A stretch of DNA of 36,030 nucleotides, taken from Candidatus Stahliibacteriota bacterium (lineage in GTDB: Bacteria; Hydrothermota; Tepidihabitantia; B3-TA06). Location of the stretch: contig DAOVCF010000001.1 in the NCBI GenBank assembly GCA_030670165.1, positions 1-36,030 on the forward strand, given 5' to 3'. Position numbers and translations under genes: made by a program. Positions within the stretch are counted from its first letter, which is position 1. Each line of letters begins with the position of its first letter. The notes beneath the pieces are model-generated. The model made no database searches. It worked only from the letters and a program-made list of their open reading frames with translations, and was not told the DNA's origin. Shown here one piece after another: positions 16,593 through 24,622 of this stretch.

Positions 16593-16758
16593 TCTCCCGT
16601 GGTTGGAGTAGGTTTCCTTTCCCTCGGCAATCGAAATTGCCCACTCCCCTCAGTTCCCTCCAACCAGGTGAGAGGAATTAGTTAAGCGGCGTTGCACAGC
16701 AACGACGTAGGGTGGTAATCCCCCTTTAGTTCCCACTTAGTAAGAGGAATTCAGTGGG
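16593..16758. other. Structured, repeat-containing intergenic element (unassigned)
   Basis: Long-range helix 16593-16608/16658-16673 (14 of 16 pairs) encloses a perfect hairpin GGCAATcgaaATTGCC (16626-16641). Further hairpins are CGTTGCacaGCAACG (16690-16704) and CCCACT..AGTGGG (16732-16758). Direct repeats occur at 16646-16682 and 16720-16755. Confidence 0.3.
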
Positions 16759-16865
16759 ATCAAAGAAATCAAGAAATAGCAGCTTAGGCCTTAATATCCT
16801 CAATCCTAAAAGCCTGACTGTTCCACCATGTAGGTGTACTCGATCAACGAGCAAGTCCCTCTCGC

Positions 16866-16893
16866 TTGACAAACCTACCTGGAGTGGTATATT
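16866..16893 (+). promoter_or_regulatory. sigma70-type promoter of the small lipoprotein gene
   Basis: TTGACA 16866-16871, 16 nt spacer, TATATT 16888-16893. Confidence 0.45.
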
Positions 16894-16915
16894 GTTTCAA
16901 ATACTGGAGGGAGAC

Positions 16916-17257
16916 ATGAAAAGGTTCCTGCGGCTCTGTGCCGCGATCGTAGTGGTTTTCATCGCAGCAGGTTGCATGACAACCACGAAAACCCAACAGC
17001 CAGACCAGAATGACGTTCAAACGGGCTATCCTGGCAAGTGGGAACAGGCCACCCTTACAGAGGACGAGTTCGGATTCAAACTTATCGTCGTCCGGCAAAA
17101 CGACGAAAAGTGGGTTCTTGAATCAAAAACCACATGCTTCTGGACAAGGCAGCTGGTAGGCAGGACGGTATGGCTCAGATGGGGACCTGTGGAGTCGTTC
17201 CTTATGAACGATCAAGGTCAGATCTGCGAGTTCTGGACTGGGGAACGTATGGAGTAA
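16916..17257 (+). CDS. Small lipoprotein, function unknown
   Basis: ATG at 16916 follows GGAGGGAG. Signal/lipobox 'AAIVVVFIAAGC'. The longer track ORF (from 16754) would span the promoter. Confidence 0.6.
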   Translation: MKRFLRLCAAIVVVFIAAGCMTTTKTQQPDQNDVQTGYPGKWEQATLTEDEFGFKLIVVRQNDEKWVLESKTTCFWTRQLVGRTVWLRWGPVESFLMNDQGQICEFWTGERME

Positions 17258-17278
17258 GAAGACCCTCGTGTTTTGGCG

Positions 17279-17306
17279 TTGACAAGCCGAAGCAGCTCTA
17301 TATACT
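17279..17306 (+). promoter_or_regulatory. sigma70-type promoter upstream of the ACT-domain gene
   Basis: TTGACA 17279-17284, 16 nt spacer, TATACT 17301-17306. Confidence 0.45.
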
Positions 17307-17321
17307 TGCATGGAGGAAGAT

Positions 17322-17792
17322 ATGACCGGACCGGTTGAGTTGATTGAAACCAAACGCCGCGTGGCAATGGTTATTGTCAAATCCGTCCCGGACAAACCCG
17401 GTATCGCGGGCGAACTCTTCTCGCAACTGGGTAAAGCAGGCTTCAACATAGAGATGATATCCGAAAGCAGTGTATCAGGTGGATCGGCTGAGGTTTCTTT
17501 CGCATTAAACGAATCGCAGGTAAAAGAGGCGGTGGCGCACCTCGAGAGCCTTGATGTTCTAAAGAGAAGCGAGTTCGTGATAGAAAAAGGAAGGGGTATC
17601 TTGACGGTTTACGGAAAGAATCTTGCGCACGAGCCGGGGATCGCTGGCAAGATATTCTCTATACTGGCCCAGGAAGCCATAAACATCGATATGATCAGCA
17701 CCTCATTTACCGCTATAAGCGTGCTCATAAAGGATTCTTACCTCACACCGGCCAGGAACCTTCTAAGCCGGGAGCTTGGATTGGATGCTTGA
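17322..17792 (+). CDS. Stand-alone tandem ACT-domain protein (aspartokinase regulatory-domain-like)
   Basis: Two ACT units: 'VAMVIVKSVPDKPGIAGELFSQLGKAGFNIEMIS' and 'ILTVYGKNLAHEPGIAGKIFSILAQEAINIDMIS'. GGAGGAAG precedes the ATG at 17322. The ATG at 17310 is an alternative start but lies 3 nt from the -10 box. Confidence 0.75.
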   Translation: MTGPVELIETKRRVAMVIVKSVPDKPGIAGELFSQLGKAGFNIEMISESSVSGGSAEVSFALNESQVKEAVAHLESLDVLKRSEFVIEKGRGILTVYGKNLAHEPGIAGKIFSILAQEAINIDMISTSFTAISVLIKDSYLTPARNLLSRELGLDA

Positions 17793-18768
17793 AGGCAAGA
17801 TAGAGCGACAAGGATTCCTGGATATAATCCAGCTTTTGACCATGAGCCGCAAAACAGGTCGGCTAGAGATCACGGGAGCCGCCGAAGGCTCGCTTTTCTT
17901 TTCTAAAGGGGAGTTGCTCGACTGCCGGATGGGCAAGCTAACAGGAGACGAAGCGTTTATAGAACTCTTCATCCTCGTCGCCGGCAACTTCGAGTTCCAC
18001 GAGGAAAAGATCCCGGTTGAGCAACGCATCAACAAGTCCTTAACCGACCTTCTCATGGCGGCCTCGAAGCAGGCGACACAGTGGGATGCCGCATGCAAAG
18101 AGCTGCCCTTCGAGGATGCGGCGCTGGTTCTTGCACCGGTGGACCCTAACTCCGAGAAGGAATTCAACTTCAATGCCCTGGAATGGGCCATAGCCTCCCA
18201 TATCAATGGACGCCGCTCATTTGCCGAGATCGCACGTCTGCTTGCACAATCCAAGACCAAGGTAGCCATAACCATAGCTGCACTGAAAAGCCAGGGGCTT
18301 ATCACAACCGAAGACGAAGGCTCTGCAATACTACGGACCGTCTTTCGTAAAACCGCTGAAGTGCTCTATCACCTGATAGATACTCGCCTCAAGTCTCGTG
18401 TAAAGGATCGCGTCTTGATCGAGTTCAACAAGTGGACGTTCTCCAAGGGATTTGATATACGACTGCTTGACGGCGCCGGGGTAATCAACAACATCCCTTA
18501 CGACATGCCGCTTGACGACAAGATTATAGCCTATAGGCAAGCGTTGGAACAGCTGTACGAAGCGGTCCAGGCCGGACTCAACCGTAATGAGCTGCAGGAT
18601 CATATGGCTGAACTCTACGAATACCTCAACGAAAACGAACGCAAGTGTGTGTCCGATTATGAGCTTAATAAGTTTATCCCAACCCGGGGAAAAAGAAGAA
18701 AGGAGGAGGCTAATTTTTGGGAAACCCCACCCGACTCCATGGGTCCAGATGGGATCATCACGAGATAA
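17785..18768 (+). CDS. PATAN/DUF4388-domain protein with a possible winged-helix segment
   Basis: N-terminal 'GFLDIIQLLTMSRKTGRLEI..GSLFFSKGELLDC..GDEAFIELF..GNFEF' matches the DUF4388 signature. The mid region 'INGRRSFAEIARLLAQSKTKVAITIAALKSQGLI' looks like a wHTH. The ATG at 17785 overlaps the ACT gene stop; the track start is TTG at 17776. Confidence 0.65.
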   Translation: MLEGKIERQGFLDIIQLLTMSRKTGRLEITGAAEGSLFFSKGELLDCRMGKLTGDEAFIELFILVAGNFEFHEEKIPVEQRINKSLTDLLMAASKQATQWDAACKELPFEDAALVLAPVDPNSEKEFNFNALEWAIASHINGRRSFAEIARLLAQSKTKVAITIAALKSQGLITTEDEGSAILRTVFRKTAEVLYHLIDTRLKSRVKDRVLIEFNKWTFSKGFDIRLLDGAGVINNIPYDMPLDDKIIAYRQALEQLYEAVQAGLNRNELQDHMAELYEYLNENERKCVSDYELNKFIPTRGKRRKEEANFWETPPDSMGPDGIITR

Positions 18769-18927
18769 TAACTAGAATTTAACCCCGGGCATAGATCGTA
18801 GATCTTAAAAATCAATCGCTTAGAAGCGTAGATCAGGAATTGAATCCATCCCCCATATGACTCCCCGCATGATGCACGCAACCCGCCAGTGCTGCATCGC
18901 AAGGCTGCACAAAACGCAGGCAGACCT

Positions 18928-19302
18928 CTACGCCTCAGGCAGCGCCGCTTTCAGCTTTTCCGCGTAGATCTTGCTTACGTAACGGGCAGCGCCAAGGTTC
19001 GAACCGCGAGGCACGCCTATCGCCAAAAACGCCTTGCCCTCATCATCAAGCTGTTTGGTGAGAAAGTGAGCATCCACCGTGGATAGAAGGTTGTCCACCA
19101 GCCTCCCTTTCTTTACCTCGTCAACGATCCTTGAGATACTGCGCATGACATCGGTTAGCACCGCGCTCGTGAGCTCAACGTTCTCGCCGCCCTCTCGGGT
19201 CTTGCAGGCAAGCACCAACCCATCATCGCCGACAACGCATATCGAAAACGCCTCCCCGAGCCACTCGGCTATCTCCTCAAGATACTTCTGCAACTCACGC
19301 AT
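18928..19302 (-). CDS. Roadblock/LC7 (MglB-like) domain protein
   Basis: 124 aa. 'AFSICVVGDDGLVLA..ELTSAVLTDVMRS..KAFLAIGVPRGSNLGAARY' fits the Roadblock/LC7 pattern. AAGGAGG RBS. Confidence 0.75.
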   Translation of the reverse strand: MRELQKYLEEIAEWLGEAFSICVVGDDGLVLACKTREGGENVELTSAVLTDVMRSISRIVDEVKKGRLVDNLLSTVDAHFLTKQLDDEGKAFLAIGVPRGSNLGAARYVSKIYAEKLKAALPEA

Positions 19303-19332
19303 CAGGTGCCTCCTTAATCTCTTTTAGACTCA

Positions 19333-19360
19333 ATCCTAATGATGGATTTGGCAATGTCAA
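19333..19360 (-). promoter_or_regulatory. sigma70-type promoter of the Roadblock gene
   Basis: On the minus strand: TTGACA (19360-19355), 16 nt spacer, TAGGAT (19338-19333). Confidence 0.45.
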
Positions 19361-19374
19361 GAAATCCGAAATAC

Positions 19375-19403
19375 TTGACAGATTCCCTTTCTGCGGTTAA
19401 AGT
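19375..19403 (+). promoter_or_regulatory. Candidate promoter of the CRTAC1-family gene, divergent from the Roadblock promoter
   Basis: TTGACA 19375-19380, 17 nt spacer, TAAAGT 19398-19403. AAGGAGG RBS before the ATG at 19446. Confidence 0.4.
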
Positions 19404-19445
19404 TTGTGAATTAACACGTCAATTCTCGATTGATAAGGAGGAACC

Positions 19446-21263
19446 ATGAGAGGTCTGATTATTCTGGGCGTTTTAGCCTTGAGTGTTCCGGCTGCGGCCG
19501 AGATTCACTTCACCGAGGTGGATGTTGCTACCTTAGGCATAGACGAGATTGCCGGCTCGCCGAGCTTTGTTGATTACAACTCCGACGGCATCCTGGACTT
19601 CTGGGCCGGATACGCCTACATCAACGACGGCTCCGGAAACTTCAGCAAGCTGTCTGAAAGCCGCTGGGGCGGCGGTCGTGTGGTCTGTTTCGGCGACTAC
19701 GACAACGACGGCTACCCGGATATACTGACCACACGACGTATCTCCGTAAGTGACTCACTGGATACGTGTTTTATCCTCCTGTACCGCAACCAGGGGCCGC
19801 CGGATTACGGTGTTGAGGACGTAAGCATTGCTGCAGGACTCACAGACACGATCCTGAACCGCGATCTGGTGGACGTTGCCTGGCTTGACTACGACTCGGA
19901 CGGCTGGCTGGACTTCTACGTCTCAAGCTACGAATTCCCGGTCAACTCCGCCGTTGGACACCCGGATTACCTTTATCACAACCAAGGCGACGGAACGTTC
20001 AGTGACGTTTCCGTGCAAGCTGGAGTGACCATCCGGACTCTATGTTCAAGGGGAATAAGCGTTGGAGACTTCGACAACGACGGTAAGGTGGATATCTTCG
20101 TATCCGTGTATCGGCTTCAGCGAAACCTTCTTTGGCAGAACCAAGGCGACGGAACGTTCACTGACGTGGCCGATGAGAAAGGCGTAATCGGTGAGGGTTC
20201 TCTCATCTACAAGGGGCACAACATCGGTGCGTGCTGGGGCGACTACAACAACGACGGGTATCTGGATCTATTTACCCCGATCACCCACCACCCCGGCTAC
20301 CCTGGCGATTCAACCAACCATCTGTGGGCCAACGACGGCCCGCCCGGCTGGACGTTCACCGACTACATCTGGGAAAGCGGTATCATCAACGCGGAGATTG
20401 GTTCGGCCCCTTCCTGGGCAGACTACGACTCGGATGGCGATCTTGACCTTTACTGGGTGAATCTCTATGGAACCCCGGGCCAGCAGGGCTGGCTTTACCG
20501 CAACGACGGTGACAACCAGTTCACCGACGTATCGGTGGCTACAGTTATTAAGACGTGGGGTGGCACGAGTTACTCATTGTGGGGTGACATCAACGGCGAC
20601 GGATTCCTTGACGTATACCTGTCTTACTCAGACCATAACAGCATCTACATCTCCGATGCCTCAAACGGCAACCACCGGCTCGTGTTGAATCTTAAAGGGA
20701 TAAAATCCCCCCAGAGATTAGACGACACCACGAGCAACGTCTCCGCGATAGGTGCCCGGATTACCGTATGGGCGGGCGATCTCATGGTAATGCGCGAGCT
20801 GGCGCCTTCGGCAGGCAACGGATACGGCTCGCCGTTCAATCACTTCCTTCACTTCGGGCTGGGCGCACATGAGGAGATAGACTCCGTTGTAATCCGCTGG
20901 CCTTCAGGACTTGTTGAACGCTACAACTCTATTCCTGTAGATACCACCCTTACAATTACCGAGTATAGCGGCGTGGAAATTGGGGAATCCGGCAAACAGA
21001 GCCCCTCGATAACGGCATTTACCACCGACGTCATCTTCTTCCGCGATCAAGTGAGGTTCAGCGCCACGATTCCCGAAGGTGAAAACGCACGGATCGGCAT
21101 CTTTGACGCCACAGGCCGCATGGTCGCGGTGCTTAAACCTGAAATCAAGGATGATATCTGTGAAGCTGCATGGCGGCCGGGAGAGCTGGTTCCGGCAGGC
21201 GTCTACTTAGCCCGGCTCCTGGGAACCAATGCCGAATCTGTAAAGATCATCTATGTCAGGTGA
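19446..21263 (+). CDS. CRTAC1/ASPIC-UnbV family FG-GAP (VCBS) repeat protein with a T9SS-like C-terminal sorting domain
   Basis: Signal peptide 'LALSVPAAA'. Seven 'D.D.DG..D' FG-GAP calcium-loop repeats. UnbV/ASPIC-like block 'AIGARITVWAG..RELAPSAGNGYGS..HFGLG....DSVVIRWPSG'. C-terminal 'RIGIFDATGRMVAVL..GVYLARL..VKIIYVR'. Confidence 0.8.
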   Translation: MRGLIILGVLALSVPAAAEIHFTEVDVATLGIDEIAGSPSFVDYNSDGILDFWAGYAYINDGSGNFSKLSESRWGGGRVVCFGDYDNDGYPDILTTRRISVSDSLDTCFILLYRNQGPPDYGVEDVSIAAGLTDTILNRDLVDVAWLDYDSDGWLDFYVSSYEFPVNSAVGHPDYLYHNQGDGTFSDVSVQAGVTIRTLCSRGISVGDFDNDGKVDIFVSVYRLQRNLLWQNQGDGTFTDVADEKGVIGEGSLIYKGHNIGACWGDYNNDGYLDLFTPITHHPGYPGDSTNHLWANDGPPGWTFTDYIWESGIINAEIGSAPSWADYDSDGDLDLYWVNLYGTPGQQGWLYRNDGDNQFTDVSVATVIKTWGGTSYSLWGDINGDGFLDVYLSYSDHNSIYISDASNGNHRLVLNLKGIKSPQRLDDTTSNVSAIGARITVWAGDLMVMRELAPSAGNGYGSPFNHFLHFGLGAHEEIDSVVIRWPSGLVERYNSIPVDTTLTITEYSGVEIGESGKQSPSITAFTTDVIFFRDQVRFSATIPEGENARIGIFDATGRMVAVLKPEIKDDICEAAWRPGELVPAGVYLARLLGTNAESVKIIYVR

Positions 21264-21285
21264 TCCTTAAAGGGATTCAACCCCC

Positions 21286-21307
21286 GGGGAGATCGAACGA
21301 TCTCCCC
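21286..21307. terminator. Bidirectional intrinsic terminator between convergent genes
   Basis: Perfect 9-bp stem GGGGAGATC/GATCTCCCC with a GAAC loop. T-rich 'CTTCTGTTT' follows on the plus strand. Confidence 0.65.
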
Positions 21308-21338
21308 CTTCTGTTTATCTCAGAATCCAAAGCGGACT

Positions 21339-23684
21339 CTAACGTATAGGCACCTCGATCTGGTAGGGCATGAGGTAGAGAAGGTTCTCGGAGAGCCATG
21401 AAGGGAGCATCTTAAGATTAAGAATCGAGGTTTCGCCCAAGACCTCCTCAATGTCGATCATGGGTTCGGGCTTGGGATAGATGACCACCTGCACATCCTC
21501 TGGGAGATCGGCCATCTTGCGCGCTTCTTCTAAAGCGTCCATGAGACCGCCAACCTCGTCTGCAAGACCGACTTTAACGCCATCAGGGCCTGACCAGATT
21601 CGTCCGCGTGCCACCGAATCTACCTCATCGAAGGTCATGTCCCGGCCTTCGGCAACGCGGCCCACGAACTCGGCATAGCCTTCGTTCATCATCTGTTGCA
21701 TGAGGCGGGCTTCGGCTTCGTCAAACGGACGGTCGGGACTGAACATGTCGGCGTGAGGGTAGAGTTTTATGGTTTCACGGTTGATGCCCAGCTTCTCGTT
21801 CAAACCCTTGGTCACGAACTTGCCGCCCAGGATGCCTATGGAGCCGGTAACCGTTGTCGCGTCGGCAAAGATCTTATCAGCCGGAGCGGCGATGTAGTAG
21901 CCGCCTGAGCCAACCACGCCGGCCATGGACACTATGACCGGCTTTTCCGCGGCAAGATCGGCAAGGGCTCGGTTAATGATCTCGGACGCCAACGCCGAAC
22001 CGCCGCCAGAGTTGATGCGGAACACCACCGCCTTGATTTGCTTATCGTCCTTCACCTTCTCGAGAACCTCAGACATCGTGGTTGATCCCATGTACTTGCC
22101 GCCTATCAACGGGATAGGTATTGGACTGTCTGAACTCTTACCGGTGACGATGCTGCCCTCGGCAACTACGATGGCCACCTTGCCCCGCTTGAGGAGATCA
22201 ATCTGCTCTTCCTCCCCGATCCACGAACGAGGCACCTCATTCGGCTTCTTGTTGAGCTTTGCCAGCTTGATGCGTTCAGCCTTTTCACCAAACTCTTCCT
22301 TGATGATGCTATCGAGATTCAAAGCAAGGCCTAAATCATCCACCAGACCGAGCATCTTGGCGGTGTCTCCAGAGACCATGATACGCTCGTTCATGAACTT
22401 CTCGAACTCGACGCGAGAGATATCCCTGTCGCGTTCGATCGCACCCAGCATCTCATCGTACAGTGAAGCAAGGTAGGCCTCAAGCTGTTCCTTATCCTCA
22501 TCCGAGGGCTGGGAAAACTCAAATAGCTCATAGGCAGATTTGTACTCACCTACCCGGTAGAAATCGGGTTCTATACCCAGCTTGTCCAGAGTTCCCTTGA
22601 CGTGCAGGGTTCGTGCGTACATGCCGACAAATGATACCTCTCCGGTAGGAACCATCCATATCTTATCTGCCACAGATGCGAGATAGTATGAACCGATGCC
22701 GTAGCCTTCTGCAAAGGCCACGATCTTGAGCCCGTCCTCTCTCAGTTGAGCCAGTTCTGCTCGGATCTCCTCTGCCTGATAGATGGAGAAGCTGGCGCCG
22801 CGAAAGTCGAGAAGGATGCCCTTTACGTCCTTGCGCTCGCCCAGATCACGTAGCTCGCGCAGCAAGTCGTAGAAGGTCTTGGATTTCCGCATAGAGAAGG
22901 AGATGAAGGCGAATTTGATACCTGAGGGCGAAGGTTCCTCAGGCCGACCCTTGGGCACCCAGGCCACGACCTTGGGTCCGGGCTTCTTTAATCGGATGCC
23001 GGGATAGCGGGGGAAGGAAAATCCGAGGTTGATGCCCAAAGCGCCATCCGAGTTGTAGGTTGCTCCAAGCTTGACGTAAGTAAGACCGAACTCGGCACCA
23101 GCCATCCAGGAAAGCCCTTCTTCGCCGTTAAGCGGTTGTGTAACAGTGCCGGAGAGAAGAATACCCGAAATCGGTTCGACCCCTAATCCCACCTTCAGAT
23201 CATCGAAACCACCACGGTAGGAGAGGTCGCTGAATAGGGTAACCCGATCGGTGAAGGGGCGAACGCCCAGGCCGATCGTCGTACCCAAAGTATCACCTGT
23301 TCGGAGCATCCCACCTAATGCAAGCCAGTTCAAAGGGTTAGACTGAGCGCCGAAGTTCCAGAACTTCTGTTCTCCCCAGTTGTAAGCTCCGCCCAGACGA
23401 AAGCGTTTTCCTAAAGGCAATGCCAGGCCAGCCGACCACACACCCGTAACACCGGTGGAATCGCCCCTACGGTAGCCAAATCCTGCGGCACCAGCACTGA
23501 GACCAAATCGAAGGTTCGGGTTATCCACGAATAGACTGAATCCGCTCTGAAGCTCTACACCCTCTGAGTGCAGCCCAAGACCTGCAGGATTCGTCCAGAT
23601 AGCGTCCGAGCGCTCGACGAAGCTAACCGATGAGGAACTGAAGAATCCCAACCCTGCTGCTAAAAGAATTAACGCCTGTGACAT
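21339..23684 (-). CDS. sppA: Signal peptide peptidase SppA, 67K type (tandem S49 domains) with an N-terminal beta-barrel-like extension
   Basis: Two S49 halves: 'AFAEGYGIGSYYLASVADKIWM' and 'MAGVVGSGGYYIAAPADKIFA' with the Ser site. They are preceded by about 225 aa of Gly/aromatic alternating beta-type sequence with 'WTNPAGLG', ending 'GINLGFSF'. Confidence 0.85.
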   Translation of the reverse strand: MSQALILLAAGLGFFSSSSVSFVERSDAIWTNPAGLGLHSEGVELQSGFSLFVDNPNLRFGLSAGAAGFGYRRGDSTGVTGVWSAGLALPLGKRFRLGGAYNWGEQKFWNFGAQSNPLNWLALGGMLRTGDTLGTTIGLGVRPFTDRVTLFSDLSYRGGFDDLKVGLGVEPISGILLSGTVTQPLNGEEGLSWMAGAEFGLTYVKLGATYNSDGALGINLGFSFPRYPGIRLKKPGPKVVAWVPKGRPEEPSPSGIKFAFISFSMRKSKTFYDLLRELRDLGERKDVKGILLDFRGASFSIYQAEEIRAELAQLREDGLKIVAFAEGYGIGSYYLASVADKIWMVPTGEVSFVGMYARTLHVKGTLDKLGIEPDFYRVGEYKSAYELFEFSQPSDEDKEQLEAYLASLYDEMLGAIERDRDISRVEFEKFMNERIMVSGDTAKMLGLVDDLGLALNLDSIIKEEFGEKAERIKLAKLNKKPNEVPRSWIGEEEQIDLLKRGKVAIVVAEGSIVTGKSSDSPIPIPLIGGKYMGSTTMSEVLEKVKDDKQIKAVVFRINSGGGSALASEIINRALADLAAEKPVIVSMAGVVGSGGYYIAAPADKIFADATTVTGSIGILGGKFVTKGLNEKLGINRETIKLYPHADMFSPDRPFDEAEARLMQQMMNEGYAEFVGRVAEGRDMTFDEVDSVARGRIWSGPDGVKVGLADEVGGLMDALEEARKMADLPEDVQVVIYPKPEPMIDIEEVLGETSILNLKMLPSWLSENLLYLMPYQIEVPIR

Positions 23685-23807
23685 AGATCCTCCGAATCTT
23701 TGGTTGTTCGTTTCCCTACTCTAGAAGACGAACCGCACGGGGCGATGTTTCATAATCTAGATGCAAAGGTGGGGTTAGCAGACTCCGGGAACGACACATT
23801 TAACCCC

Positions 23808-23835
23808 TTGACAAACGCACATTTTTACCTATGAT
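23808..23835 (+). promoter_or_regulatory. sigma70-type promoter of a lipoprotein gene
   Basis: TTGACA 23808-23813, 16 nt spacer, TATGAT 23830-23835. Confidence 0.45.
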
Positions 23836-23856
23836 TAAGTTATGAAGGAGGATGAT

Positions 23857-24417
23857 ATGGTGATTAAAAAAATCTGGAGTGTTGGTGTAGTCGCGTTTGT
23901 AATCCTCCTGGGATGCTCAGTAAACGAGTTCGGGATAGAGAAACCCGATTACTTCCCGCTCGATGACGGCAACACCTGGGTTTATGAAGTGCAAACGGAT
24001 GGGGCGGCCTATACCCTTGTCTGCGAGATGATCGAACTCGAAGCAGGGATATTCGGATACCACAGCTACATACAAACTGATCAACCCTCTATTATGGCAG
24101 CAGATGGCCCCGAGTCCACCGAACCATTTGGCGACTCTGCAAAGGTAATTATAGATTCCGCATTAAACGTACCCCAGTGGGGATGGGCAATACCGGTAAA
24201 CCCGGTGGAACTTGTTGAGCAAGCGAGCTACACTGTCAAGACACCTGCGGGAACCTTCGAGGATTGCATCTTTATCGAAGGCAAAAAAGATGTTGATGGA
24301 ACCCGTTTCGATGCCTGGCTGGCTCCCGAGGTCGGACCTGTCTATATAACCAAGTGGTCCTGCGGTGAAACGCTCATCAAGGAACTTCGCCTGCTACGTT
24401 TCCGCCCTGCTCCTTAA
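23857..24417 (+). CDS. Lipoprotein, function unknown
   Basis: ATG at 23857 follows AAGGAGGATGAT. Signal/lipobox 'VAFVILLGC'. I recognise no family. Confidence 0.6.
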   Translation: MVIKKIWSVGVVAFVILLGCSVNEFGIEKPDYFPLDDGNTWVYEVQTDGAAYTLVCEMIELEAGIFGYHSYIQTDQPSIMAADGPESTEPFGDSAKVIIDSALNVPQWGWAIPVNPVELVEQASYTVKTPAGTFEDCIFIEGKKDVDGTRFDAWLAPEVGPVYITKWSCGETLIKELRLLRFRPAP

Positions 24418-24559
24418 TCGAAAGCCGTCCACAGATACCCATAAATCTCGCAAGGACCAAGGTCTCTAATAAGACTGTTCCATCTAATACAAAAGATAGA
24501 TTTCAGCGACCTTTCCAAATAGTCGTACGCCCCCATCAAACAACACATGCTCCAAGGAC

Positions 24560-24587
24560 TTGACGTTCAGGCGTTTATTCTTATATT
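24560..24587 (+). promoter_or_regulatory. sigma70-type promoter of the cNMP-binding protein gene
   Basis: TTGACG 24560-24565, 16 nt spacer, TATATT 24582-24587. AGGAGG RBS before the ATG at 24623. Confidence 0.45.
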
Positions 24588-24622
24588 CATGTCAAGTCAA
24601 GTAAAGCATCCTAGGAGGAGAT

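Noticed and set aside
17763-18305. 180-aa minus-strand ORF
   Set aside because: It is fully antisense to the DUF4388 gene. Its composition is Ser/Ala/Arg-rich and of low information, typical of a shadow ORF.
18769-18927. Terminator between the convergent DUF4388 and Roadblock genes
   Set aside because: Only short 4-6 bp stems are present (AGATCgtaGATCT, GATGCA..TGCATC), with no U-tract. That is not enough to call a feature.
20191-20688. Several 70-90-aa alternative-frame ORFs inside the CRTAC1-family gene
   Set aside because: They are Thr/Arg/Gly-rich frames generated by the repetitive GAY-GAY-GGN repeat coding. The main frame has clear FG-GAP repeats.
21925-22476. 183-aa plus-strand ORF, plus other antisense ORFs inside sppA
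   Set aside because: It is a shadow frame of a confidently identified S49 peptidase. It is Ser/Arg/Thr-rich and has no RBS.
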